DNA of 64,000 nucleotides from Rebecca billardiae RCC1528 (GCA_965240325.2 OZ251235.1:1488001-1552000); one strand, 5' to 3'; shown: positions 12,628 to 24,066, counted from the stretch's first letter. Notes: generated from the sequence alone by a model not told the origin. Numbers and translations are program-made.

Positions 12628-13022
12628 ATTAATTCCGAATTTCCTCCGTGCACGATTTCTTTTCTTCTCCAGGCGCTTGGATCCAACCGCCAGGAGAGGT
12701 CGAGTCCCAGGTACTACTCGCTGTCGTACCTGCCCTCCCTGAACCGGCACGAGCGCGCTCGGCCCCTAATCCTATTGCTTTCGCCGCTGTCCGCAGGCGA
12801 ACGCAAGCCGCCGGGTACGTATGTCCGTTTTCCCCCGGCGCTATTGGTCTAACGAGCAGTAACGACCTATCAGTTTACTGGTGCCGTTTGCTTTTGCACC
12901 TGTGTGGGACGACTCCCGCACCGCCCGCTCGTCCGCACGGACGACGCTGCTGACGACGTCCGCAGGGACACTGTGATAAGCCCCTGCGTGACCGGGGAAC
13001 TGGTAAGGCGGAATAAACATCA
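12622..13022 (+). repeat. 5' LTR
   Basis: TGTTGTATT...AATAAACATCA; identical by eye to 18326-18726. Confidence 0.95.
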
Positions 13023-15138
13023 TGAGCTCAATCGTGCGTAACCACGGACCGCCGGGCATGGCCCACCCAACCGGTCGCAGCGCCGCGGGCGCCGCGGACA
13101 GCGGATCCGCGCGGGCGACGACGTCCGCGCGCGAGCTCGGCCTCGAGCAGCTGGGCGACAGCGCGAAGACCAACCAGATGCTCACTGGCGTGACGAACGA
13201 GTTTGCCAAGTTCGCAAGCTCCAACTCCAGCGTGAGCACCGACCTCTTCACCAGAACGGGCGGCAGCCTGAACCTGATGCCGGAGAGCACGTTCGTGACG
13301 CTTGCGCGGCAGCTGCCCTCGCTCGTCCCGATCACGAGCAAGATCAAGGAGAAGAACGAGCAAATCGCCACGGTGGACGCGGCGACGCGCTCCAAGGAGA
13401 AGGTGCTCCTCGTCCGCGCGAAGGTCGCGCAGCGAGAGCTCGACGGCAAGAACGAGCCGATGACACCGGTACCACTCGCGGCCGCGCCGGCGTTCCCGCC
13501 CGCGGCAGCGCCCTCTGACGCGTCTGCGGACGGCGACGACGCGAGCAGCGGGCCGGCGAGCGGTCTCCCGAGCGTTGAGGCGACGGTGAAGTTCGATGGC
13601 ATGTCCGTCACGGCGGAGGAGCTGCACGAGCTCGTCGAGGCCAAGCTCGCGGAGATCACGGCCGAGAGGGACATCACCATCGGTAAGATTGCGATACTCG
13701 GAGAGGGCTTTGCTGGCGTCTCCGCGCTCGACAGCCCGAACCTGATCTACCAGAAGGTGTATGAGAACTCCGCGGCCGTGCTGCTGAAGCTGTTGAAGTC
13801 GACGCTGAACGCGGAAGCGCAGCAGTACGTGGACGCGTGCTCGCGGCGCAAGGGCATGGGCCCCTACCCGAAGGCTGCCGAGCAGCTGCAGGCGTGGTGG
13901 ATTGAGCTGCGTGAGCTGCGCGACGAGGTGAGCGTCGACCACCTGATGGACATCATGGCCCCGTACCTGAACACGGGGGAGAGCGAGCACAAGACATTCT
14001 CGGACCTGCCGTCGTACCTGGCGTACTCGAAGGAGCGGCAGCTCGTATTCGAGCGCCTGCGGGCGCCGGCCGAGGCGCTCGAGCTGGCCCGCGTGCTGCA
14101 GCCGCTGCGCAGCATGAAGGGCGACCTCTCGCTCAAGTTGAAGCTCGACAAGTTCCTCAAGATGCCGTACGCGGAGGTGACGAACGCGACGCTCGTCATG
14201 ATGAACTCCGACCTCGCGAGCCACCCGCCGCGCGGTGTGATCACCGTGGGCAACGTGAAGGAGCGCCCGCCCCCGCGCCAGCCGCCGAAGCAGCCGGCGC
14301 ACGAGGTGTCCGGCGCGACGACGCCGCACGTCCCGCCAAAGCTGAAGTGCGACTTGTGTAAGGGGAACCACTACTACGGCAAGATGTGCTCGCAGTTCAA
14401 GCCGGACGGCCCGGTGCCGCCAGCGGTGGTCGCTGCGCGCGAGGAGCGCGCTGCTGCGCGCGCGCGTGCGAGGCAGGAGCAACCGGGCGCGGGTGCGCGC
14501 CGCGCCGCGGACCGCGGGGCCATCATCGTGCCCGCGGGTGTCCCCGGCCGGAGCATCGCACCGGGCGTCCGCGCGGTCCAGGCGATCGAGAACATTGACG
14601 AGGTGGAGCCTCACGACGAGGTGATCGGCGGGCGCGTCGCCGCCGCGGTCGTCGAGGACAAGGGGGGCGCCGAGCCGCCCAACCGAGCGAACGGGCGCAT
14701 TGACTCCGCTGCCGACCGGTCAGTCGGCGGGATGTGGATGGTCGACGCCGGTCTTGTGGAGAACTTGACGGCGCAGAACGGCGCGCTCATCGGCTTTGAT
14801 GGCGGGGCCGCGGCCTCGTCGCTCAAGGGTGAGATCACCGCGCGCATGCTGAGCGTGGACGGCTCCGACTCGCAGCTGATCAAGTGCGAGATCTGGATTG
14901 CCGAGGGCGTGGAGACCATCCTGCTGTCCGCGGACGCGCTCGCGAGCGTCGGCGCGACGACCACCATCTCCAAGTGGCGGCAGTCGTCGTGCGACTTCAC
15001 GGACGTCGGAGGCGGCTACATCAAGATCGGCTCGGACGCGCGCGTCATCCTCGAGCTCCAGCCCGTCGAGGAGGCGGCCGCCGCCGCGGCGGGGCGCGTC
15101 GAGCCGGAGGCCGAACGCGCGCCCGCGCCCGCGCCTGT

Positions 15139-15176
<38 letters not shown>

Positions 15177-15202
15177 TCGGGCGCGCGCCGGGAAACGAGT
15201 AG
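13022..15202 (+). CDS. gag: ORF1: Gag with zinc knuckle plus aspartic protease and PA-repeat linker
   Basis: CDLCKGNHYYGKMC knuckle; copia-type protease GRIDSAADRS...ILLSADAL; ends PAPAPAP...PGNE*. Confidence 0.88.
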
Positions 15203-15274
15203 GGCCCGAGCGCGCGGCGGCTGAGCGAGCTGCCGCCGGGCGTGCGCGCACGCCCGGTGACAAGGAGCTCGGCC
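15190..15274 (+). promoter_or_regulatory. Putative -1 programmed ribosomal frameshift signal (G_GGA_AAC plus stem-loop/three-way junction)
   Basis: X_XXY_YYZ heptamer in the ORF1 frame, one codon before the TAG; 6-nt spacer; stems 15203-15211/15267-15274 and 15214-15222/15228-15236; perfect palindrome 15236-15257. Confidence 0.78.
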
Positions 15275-18200
15275 TGTGGGCCGCCCGCTTGGGCACGACG
15301 AACAAGACTTTGCTGACTCGCACTTGGCGCGCCACCGCTGGCATGCCGGAGGCGACGATGGCGCGCGCGCCGCTGGACACGCTGTCCGGCGCGCACATGA
15401 AACGACGGCCCTTTAACCGGCCCATGCCCCGCGCGACGCACCCGCGCGAGGTGACGCACATGGACGTGGTGTCCGTGTCGAAGATTGACTTGCCGATCGG
15501 CGAGGCCGGGATCCCGGTCGGCATGAAGTACGCGCTGGTGTGTGTAGATGACTACTCGCGCCGGATGAGCGTCTACTTCTGCAAGTTGAAGTCGCAGATA
15601 CCTGACCTGATCGCGATGTATTTTCGCGAGATGGGAGCGCACGAGCTGTACGGCTCGCACATCGAGCTTGGACCTGGGTTCAAGCGATTCCACATCCACA
15701 CCGACGGCGGCACCGAGCTGAACTCGGAGCGCGTGTCCGAGCTGCTGCTGCAGCTTGGCCTCGCCGCCAACGTGACGAGCGCGCCCGACACTCCCTCCTC
15801 GAATGGGGTGGCGGAGCACGCGATCCAGACTCTGGTGCGCGACACGATTGCGCGCCTTGCGATGACGGGCATGCCTGCCCAGCATTGGCACTATGCGATG
15901 CGCCACGCGTGCGCGAGCAGAAACCGCTTGGCGTCCAGGCGAATCATGCGCGACGGCGCGCTGATGTTCGTGACGCCCTACGAGCTCTTTTTTGGCAAGC
16001 CGCCGGACATGCGTCACGTGATCGTGTTCGGCGCCCCGTGCCGTGTGGTCCTGCAGGGACTCGAGAAGCAGCGGCGGGGCAAGCTGGGCATGCCGACGGT
16101 GCGTGGCCGCGTCCTCGGTCACGGCATCGACGGCTCCCAGATCGACAAGACGTTCCGGCTGCTGCTGGGGTACGTCGTGCTGCTCGATGACGGGCGCGTG
16201 ATTCACTCCAAGCACGTGTACATTGATGAGCGGTCGCTGGTCGAGGGGGGGCACACTCCGTTCGCGACCAGCTATGACGGTGCCGAGCCCGAGGGAGACG
16301 CCGCTGACGGCGAGCTCACCGACGAGGGCGACGGGCATTTTGAGATTGAGGACGGTGCAGCCGACGACGGCGGCGCTGCTGCTCATGACGACGGGGGCGC
16401 GGCGAGCGAAGCTGCGCGACCGAGCGCCGACGGCGATGACGCCGGAGGCGATGACGACGCACGAGCTGGTGAGTCCGCGGCGCCCGAGCTGCCGCGCGAC
16501 TACGACCCGATGCGACGAGACCGAGCGAGGCGGAGCAGACCCGCCGCGCAGACGGTGCAGGCTGTGACCGAGGCAGCGTTCCAGGCCGCGGGCGAGGAAC
16601 CTACCGAGGAGAACAGCTTCGAGGCATTCGCTGCGACGACAATCGCGCGGATGAATGGTGTGCCGATCACCATCCCCACGACGTGGGACGAGGCGATGAA
16701 ATCGCCCGAGGCCAAGCTCTGGATGCAGGCCTGCCATGACCACCTCGACGCGCACGGCGTGAGACACACGTTCTTCGAGGTGATTGTTCCGGACACCACG
16801 CGCACGATTCCTGTCAAGTGGGTGTTCGACGTGAAGACGCTTCCCGATGGCGAAGTGATCAAGTTCAAGGCGCGGCTGGTAACCCAGGGGTTCCGCCAGC
16901 GTGAGGGCATCGACTTCAATGAGGTGTTCGCCCCGACGATACGACCAGAACAGCTGCGGCTGATGCTCGCGGTCGCGCTCAAGGCCAAAGGCGTCTCGAT
17001 GACGGACGCGGCGAGCGCCAAGATCGTGGAGATGCGACCCGCCGACGTGCGGCACGCATACCTGAACAGCGACCTGCCGGAGGGCGAGGAGGTGATGACA
17101 CCGCTCCCGCCTGGCTACACCCCGAAGAGCTCGACGCCGCTCGGCTCGAAGGTGGTCGCGAAGTTTGTGAAGGCGCTCCCAGGCATGCGCCAGGCCGGGC
17201 GCGTGTGGTACCTACACTTGCGTAAGTGTTTGCTCGAACATGGGTTCGAGCCGTGCCCGAGCGCGCCGTGCATCTACTCGAAGGCAGTCGATGGCGGCTA
17301 CGTGTTCGTCGGTCACTTTGTCGACGATCTGCTGATGATGAACATCTCGAAGGACAAGAACGCATTGGACGCGCTGATGACGGCGTTGCTGACGCACTAC
17401 GAGATGCAGGGCGCGGACTGCCTGAGCAAGTTCCTTGGCGCCGAATTTGAGACCACGGTGGACGGACTTTTTACCCACCTGAACCAGTACATCGGTGATG
17501 TGTGCGAGCGCTTCCACCTGAGTGGAGAGCGCCACCCACCGACCCCCGAGTGCAGCGAGACGCGCGAGATCCCCCGCCCGCTGCAAGCCCTCCTGCTGCG
17601 CGCTGACCGCCAGCACTACCAGGAGATGACCGGTGCCCTCATGTACTGCATGACGACGTGTCGCCCCGACATCGCGCACGCCGTGAACATGCTGGCACGC
17701 CGGATGTCCAATCCCCGGCTCTACGACTTGACCGCCGCGAAGCGCACGCTCCGATACTTGCTCGGCACGCGTCGGCGCGGCATCCTCTTCCGGCACGCGA
17801 CGCACGCACAACACCCTGATTTGGTGGCGTACGCGGACTCGGACTGGGCGAACGATCGTGAAGATCGACGTTCTACGACGGGATACCTTGTTATGTACAA
17901 CGGGGTCCCGATCTCGTGGCACACCGGACTGCAGAGCGTGGTCGCGTTGTCTACGTGCGAGGCGGAGTACATCGCGCTGAGCGAGTGCTGCCGCGAGGTG
18001 ATCTACCTGCGCGACCTGGTCACGTTTTTGAACGAGCCGGTCGTGGAGCCCACGACGGTGATCTACGAGGATAACCAGGGCACGATCGATTTGACGAACA
18101 ACCCGGTGCACCACAAGCGCACCAAGCACATTGACGTGAAGTACCATTTCACGCGGCGCGCGCAAGCCGACGGCGCCGTGCTGATCCAGAAGGTGCCGAC

Positions 18201-18312
18201 CGACGACAACCGGTCCGACATCATGACCAAGGCTACCGCGACGAGTACTTTTCTCAAGCACGTCGTGGCGATACTGCATGCTGTTCCACCACCTCCGCCG
18301 CCTTCGGCATGA
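15190..18312 (+). CDS. pol: ORF2 (-1 frame): integrase, reverse transcriptase, RNase H
   Basis: IN DDE (HMDVV, HTDGGTE, NGVAE); RT (FKARLVTQGFRQREGIDF, FVDD); RH (ADSDWA, STCEAEY, EDNQ, KHIDVKYHF); no internal stops. Confidence 0.93.
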   Translation, partial: GKRVGPERAAAERAAAGRARTPGDKELGLWAARLGTTNKTLLTRTWRATAGMPEATMARAPLDTLSGAHMKRRPFNRPMPRATHPREVTHMDVVSVSKIDLPIGEAGIPVGMKYALVCVDDYSRRMSVYFCKLKSQIPDLIAMYFREMGAHELYGSHIELGPGFKRFHIHTDGGTELNSERVSELLLQLGLAANVTSAPDTPSSNGVAEHAIQTLVRDTIARLAMTGMPAQHWHYAMRHACASRNRLASRRIMRDGALMFVTPYELFFGKPPDMRHVIVFGAPCRVVLQGLEKQRRGKLGMPTVRGRVLGHGIDGSQIDKTFRLLLGYVVLLDDGRVIHSKHVYIDERSLVEGGHTPFATSYDGAEPEGDAADGELTDEGDGHFEIEDGAADDGGAAAHDDGGAASEAARPSADGDDAGGDDDARAGESAAPELPRDYDPMRRDRARRSRPAAQTVQAVTEAAFQAAGEEPTEENSFEAFAATTIARMNGVPITIPTTWDEAMKSPEAKLWMQACHDHLDAHGVRHTFFEVIVPDTTRTIPVKWVFDVKTLPDGEVIKFKARLVTQGFRQREGIDFNEVFAPTIRPEQLRLMLAVALKAKGVSMTDAASAKIVEMRPADVRHAYLNSDLPEGEEVMTPLPPGYTPKSSTPLGSKVVAKFVKALPGMRQAGRVWYLHLRKCLLEHGFEPCPSAPCIYSKAVDGGYVFVGHFVDDLLMMNISKDKNALDALMTALLTHYEMQGADCLSKFLGAEFETTVDGLFTHLNQYIGDVCERFHLSGERHPPTPECSETREIPRPLQALLLRADRQHYQEMTGALMYCMTTCRPDIAHAVNMLARRMSNPRLYDLTAAKRTLRYLLGTRRRGILFRHATHAQHPDLVAYADSDWANDREDRRSTTGYLVMYNGVPISWHTGLQSVVALSTCEAEYIALSECCREVIYLRDLVTFLNEPVVEPTTVIYEDNQGTIDLTNNPVHHKRTKHIDVKYHFTRRAQADGAVLIQKVPTDDNRSDIMTKATATSTFLKHVVAILHAVPPPPPPSA

Positions 18313-18325
18313 TGTCGAGGGGGGG

Positions 18326-18726
18326 TGTTGTATTAATTCCGAATTTCCTCCGTGCACGATTTCTTTTCTTCTCCAGGCGCTTGGATCCAACCGCCAGGAG
18401 AGGTCGAGTCCCAGGTACTACTCGCTGTCGTACCTGCCCTCCCTGAACCGGCACGAGCGCGCTCGGCCCCTAATCCTATTGCTTTCGCCGCTGTCCGCAG
18501 GCGAACGCAAGCCGCCGGGTACGTATGTCCGTTTTCCCCCGGCGCTATTGGTCTAACGAGCAGTAACGACCTATCAGTTTACTGGTGCCGTTTGCTTTTG
18601 CACCTGTGTGGGACGACTCCCGCACCGCCCGCTCGTCCGCACGGACGACGCTGCTGACGACGTCCGCAGGGACACTGTGATAAGCCCCTGCGTGACCGGG
18701 GAACTGGTAAGGCGGAATAAACATCA
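18326..18726 (+). repeat. 3' LTR
   Basis: Identical to the 5' LTR; preceded by the polypurine tract. Confidence 0.95.
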
Positions 18727-19149
<423 letters not shown>

Positions 19150-19555
19150 CATTGTGATTGATCGGCGCCCGACCGGCCGACCGCTGACTGACGGCGGATC
19201 CGGCAGACCGAGCGGTAGTCGCAGACGAGGACTCAGGGACGATGGCAGCGATGGCGATCGCCAACTCGCGGCGCAGCATATCATCATGCTTATATATTAT
19301 AATATTGAGCACTTTTCGATCGGCCAGACGGCCACAGAAACCCATCCGCGAACGACGCGGAGCCTTTGACGATGCGCCATCGCTGCGAGTGGCAATTCGG
19401 ACCGCCGCGTCACTGACGGTGGCGAAGAGAAGCTTCTCACGAGCTCGCCTTGCCACACTGCACTCGCCGCGGATGCGCTGCGGTCCGGCGATCATGATGA
19501 ACGCAAGCTCGCACGCACATGTCTGCTCGGCAGGCGGCCATCCACTACTTGTACT

Positions 19556-20527
19556 TCAGGTGGGGCTTCCGACACCTGCTGCGCTGACCTCGTAGCGCAC
19601 CGAGGCCGGTGCCTTCTTGGCGTTAAAGTAGGCCTGGCGCCACAGAGCCTGCGCCGCGCCCTGCTTCTCCAGCTCGGCGCGCAGCTGCGGCGGGAGCGTG
19701 ACGCCTGACATCTCTGCGGCGAGGTGCTTCCACGGCTTGTTTGCCGAGACAAAGTGGATGACTGACGGCGGCCGCTGGTCCTGCATCTCACGCAGAGCCT
19801 TGTACGGCGCAAAGTTGATGGCGTTGACGTTGAAGATCCAGGGCAGCCGCCCACACCGCGGGTCGTCGTATGGAGCGGTGTACCAGTCCTTGCAGAAGCC
19901 GTTGTTCAGCACGCCCTGGTCGCCCCCCTCCGCAGAGCCGACCACGTCGTTCGCCTCGAGCAGCTCGCGGAGTGCGTCCATGCCGGGCGAGACAACCATG
20001 AAGCCCGAGTTGAAGGTGTCGGGCGGGAAGGTCTCCGGCGCAGCGGCGAGGGTCGCATTCGACCAGCCGTACAGCGCGTCATCCAAGGGGCCGACCGCGA
20101 TCGTGTCCGCGTCCATGAAGATGGTGCGCTTGAAGCGCGTGAGCGTGAACACTGCAAACTTGGTGCACGTATGGCGCCACTTGGCGATGCCCTGGCGGTA
20201 GGTGTCGCTGGAGAGGTCGAACCGTTCGGGCGTGATGGACGCGTTCATCTTGTGGTTGCACGGGATCGGATCCACCTCGAGCACCTCCCACAGCGGCCGG
20301 AGCGTCTCGCGCATGCCCTCGCTCACCTCGCTCGTGACCATCGCCACGCGGTACAACTTTGAGCCCACCGCCTCGAGCGAGGCGGCGAGCGCGAGCGCGC
20401 CGGACACGTAGCCGTCATTCGATGTGATCAGCGTGACTATCGCGTGCTCGGTATCGACGCTGCCCAGTGCACCAGCCAGCGCGGACGCCCAAATGAGAGC
20501 GACGCGCAACCTCCTAGGCGCCGCCAT
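19556..20527 (-). CDS. Glycosyltransferase family 8 (glycogenin-like), secretory pathway
   Basis: Signal peptide; YVSGALAL, FMDADT (DxD), FNSGFMV, GGDQGVLN, VIHF...KPW. Confidence 0.9.
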   Translation of the reverse strand: MAAPRRLRVALIWASALAGALGSVDTEHAIVTLITSNDGYVSGALALAASLEAVGSKLYRVAMVTSEVSEGMRETLRPLWEVLEVDPIPCNHKMNASITPERFDLSSDTYRQGIAKWRHTCTKFAVFTLTRFKRTIFMDADTIAVGPLDDALYGWSNATLAAAPETFPPDTFNSGFMVVSPGMDALRELLEANDVVGSAEGGDQGVLNNGFCKDWYTAPYDDPRCGRLPWIFNVNAINFAPYKALREMQDQRPPSVIHFVSANKPWKHLAAEMSGVTLPPQLRAELEKQGAAQALWRQAYFNAKKAPASVRYEVSAAGVGSPT

Positions 20528-20634
20528 GAGTCGCGCCTCCCACGGCCTGCGAGGATGGCGTCGCCGGCGATGTAGAGGACTGCCTCACTGCCATCCATTC
20601 GTCGGGACGCACTCCATCTGCTATCAGCTCTCTC

Positions 20635-23112
20635 ATGCGCGCGTCTGTCCTTGCGCGAGCGCTGGGTGGCATCACGCTCGCGGCGGCGGTCGTCACTCTG
20701 TCGCTCGTGCTCTCGCCGCCGCGCGCGACACGGATCGAGCGCGTGCGCGCGCCGCGCATGCGCGCGCCCAGCGGACGCGCAGGGCGCGCGCTTGCGCAGG
20801 GGGACGCGCCGGCTGTGGCGCAGCCCGGGCAGTGCGCGCTGCCCGCCACGTGGGACACGACGCCGATGGGTGGCGCCGACCGTCCGGCCGCGCTCATCGC
20901 GGGGACGGGCCCGTGGGTCGTGGACGGCAATCAGCCGTTTCACTTCTTGCGCGGCGGAGTCCTGATGACGCCGTGGGGGCTGGGACGGTGGACATGGGCG
21001 GAGGGCGGCGCGACGGTGGGCGCACGGCTATGCGGTGAGACTTGGGCGCTGCGCTTGCACCTCGCGGACGACGGCTGGTCCTTCGAGGCGGAGCGCGGAG
21101 ACGGCCACCCGCCGCGCCGCGGCAAGCTGCTCGCGAGGCGGCGCGCACTGGAGCGTGTGCGTCGTCAGCCGGCGGACGGCACCTTCGCGGCCGTCCTGAG
21201 CGGGACGGGCCCGTGGCGCTGGGGCGGCGGCGGGCACGTCGCCTTCCTGCGCGGCGGCGTCCTGCACACGCCGTGGAGCTCGGGCGCGTGGAAGCAGAAG
21301 CCGCCCGCCAACGGCACGCAGCCGGCAGCTGTGCTCGCTTCCTTCCTCGGCAGCGACCACGAGATCGCATCTCGCGCGGCGGCGGCGGCGGCGAGCGGTG
21401 GGGGCGGCGGTGGTGGCGCGGCCGAGGAGGGTCGAGCGTGCCTGCCACCGCTCGTCTCGCTGCGCGCGCGCGACCAAGACCGCGTCGAGCTCGAGCTCGA
21501 GCCCGCGCGCCCGGCACTGGGCGACGCCGGGCCCGCGACCGAGCGCTGCCTGTGGAAGGCGGAGCAGCCGGCACGGCCGGTGGTGCGCGCGGGCTCGACG
21601 GAGCTGTGCGAGCCGCCCGCGACGCGCGCCGAGGGGTCGGGGGACGCGCGGCCGCTCAACTGGCTGCCCTCCGCGCGCGCGCCCTTCCCCGCGAACTGCG
21701 GCCTCGACGGCGGGCGGCTCGAGCCGCTGTGCGCCGCGCTGCGCCGCGCGGCGGGCGGGCCGTCCGGGCGCGAGGTGCTCGCCGCCGTCTCGAACAAGAA
21801 CATCTTTGACAACCTCGCGCTCTTCATCGACGGGCTCAAGCTCGCGCGGATCGAGACGGCGATGGTCGTCGCGCTGGACGAGGAGACGTCCGAGTTTGCG
21901 GAGGACAGAGACGTGCCCGCGTTCCTCCGCCACCTGCGCTCGCGCACGGGCGACACGGGCAACCACGCCACCTCCGGGCTCAAGTTCCGGATCCTGCTCG
22001 ACTTCCTGGCGGTGGGCGCGCACGTGCTGCTGTCGGACGTGGACGTGGTGTGGTTCGAGCCGCCCTGGGCCTTCCTGCGCCGCGACGCGGACGTCGAGGG
22101 GATGGTCGACGGCTGGGAGGACCGCACCGCGTTCGGGCACGAGATGGTCGCGCTCGACGCCGAGCACGCGGCCGCGGGGGCGCGCAGCCTGCGCCGCACG
22201 CTGCGCTCGATGCGCGTGTCGCACTTCAACTCGGGCTTCTTCTACGTGCAGCCGACGCACGAGGCGCGCGCGCTGTGCGCGCGCGTGGCGGCGCGGATGG
22301 CCGTGGAGGCGGTGTGGGACCAGACCGCCTTCAACGAGGAGCTCTTCCTGCCCTCGCACGACGGACTCGTGCGCGCGGGCGCGCTCGTGCGCGGCGTCTC
22401 CTACCTGTGCGTGCTGCACTCGAAGATGCTCTTCCACCAGATGCGCAACCACTCGCGGCTCCACCCGGCGGCGCACCGACCGTGGGCGTGCCACGTCTCG
22501 TGGCACCCCGAGAAGTACTCGCGCATGCTCGACGTGCTGAGCGCGTACCACCACGGCGAGGGCGGCGCGCTGCTGCGCTGGCCCGTGCCGTACGAGGGGC
22601 TCACCGATCTCGCCGCCGAGATCGAGCCGGCGAATAACGCGTCGGGCGAGCGCGACTCGATCGTGCGCGCGCGCGTGACGGGGAAGGCGGCGCGCGCGGG
22701 GTGCGACGCGCGCGCGCACGCCGAGGCGGCGGCGAGCGCGGCGGCGGCGATGACGCGGCCGGCTGGCGAGACGGGCGGCGAGGAGCTGCTGCTGAGCGAG
22801 GCGGGCGCGCTGCCCGGGTACACGCCGCCGCTCTCGCGCATCGCCGGGCAGGCGGCGGGCGCGGACGGCGGTGGCGCCGCCGCGTGCCTCGGCAGGACAG
22901 CCGCGGAGACAGCCCACGCGCGCGCGCGCGCGCGCGACGTGCTCGGTGACGCCGCGGCGCGCTGGGCGGAGGAGGCGACGGCCGCGCGCTCGCCCGTGCT
23001 GCTCGCGCACTGCGTGGGCGCCACCGCCGCCCTCCTCGGCCCCTTCGCCGCGCGGCTGCGGCCACTCGGCCTCGACGCGCGCGCCGCGCTGCTGCCCCTC
23101 GACGGCGTGTGC

Positions 23113-23144
<32 letters not shown>

Positions 23145-24066
23145 CGACGCCCCCGGCGCCAAAGGGAGCATCGCTGGCGCGTGGGCGCACGTCCTCCCGA
23201 GCTGTGGCAGCAACGCGGAGCGCTCTCCGCCGGACGCGCCGGACGCGCCGCGCCGCGAGGCCGCCGCTCCGTCGGACCCGCGCGATGAGCACGCAGCGAG
23301 GGCGCTCGCGTGCCGATGGCGGGTGCTTGGCGCGCTGCTCACGCTCGGCGTCGACGTGCTCTCTGCGAGCGTCGAGGTCGCCTTCAGCCGGCCGCCCCTC
23401 GACCCGGCCGCGCCGGTGCTGCACTTTGACGCCGACCTCGAGCTGCTCTCCGAGGGGTGGGACGACCTCTCCGCGTTTGGGTACGACCACGTGGCGGATG
23501 ACCCGCCGATGGGCTGGTCGCGCTTCCACCACGCCACGCGCGTGGGCTATTACGACCCTGCTCTTGCACTCGTGCAGGCGACGTGCCCGGCACGCGCGCT
23601 GTGCGCGCGGATGGCGAGCCGACTCGAGCGCGCCGGCGCGGGCGACGTGCACGGCGCGGGCGCGCCCACCTCGGCGCGCCCCGCGGACGAGGCGGCCATT
23701 CTGAATGATGAAATCTTCCGGCCCTCGCGCCCGGGCACTCCCGGCCGCGCGTGGCCCAAGGGCGGCGTCGGCCGTTCGCCAGAGTTCACGTCCGTGGGAG
23801 CCAAGGTTCGCGTGCTCAACTACCTTTGCTTCGTCGGCGTGCGCGCAGCCGCGGTGTATGAGCAGCACGGCCAGGGGTCGTTGCTCTCGCACGCAGTCGG
23901 TGCGCGCATCGACGCAAACGACACGGTGGTGGTGCCGACTGCGCAGCCCGGCGCCGGCGGGCAGACTCTGCAGCCTGCTGCCGAGCTGCCAGGCGGTGGC
24001 ATCGTCGGCGCGTTCGAGCGCTTTGCGCTGGCAACGAGCATCAGGGCGGACATCGCGACGAGCTAG
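20635..24066 (+). CDS. Type II membrane GT77 (RRA-like arabinosyltransferase / nucleotide-diphospho-sugar transferase) with a second, degenerate GT77 domain
   Basis: N-terminal TM; NHATSGLKF, VLLSDVDVVW, DADVEGMVDGW, NSGFFY, WDQTAFNEE, HPEK; second copy DADLELLSEGWD...GWSRF...VLNYLCF. Confidence 0.85.

Larger units (their letters stand above)
12622..18726 (+). mobile_element. Full-length Ty1/copia LTR retrotransposon
   Basis: Two 401-bp TG...CA LTRs; ATATA TSD; PPT GAGGGGGGG before the 3' LTR; domain order Gag-PR-IN-RT-RH. Confidence 0.97.

Noticed and set aside
12648-12953. 101-aa ORF duplicated at 18352-18657
   Set aside because: It lies within the LTRs and has no protein features; it only confirms LTR identity.
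14884-15189. Independent start for pol at 14884
   Set aside because: Non-ATG start, and the translation is the off-frame reading of the protease and PA linker (RARARA); homology begins only after the slippery site.
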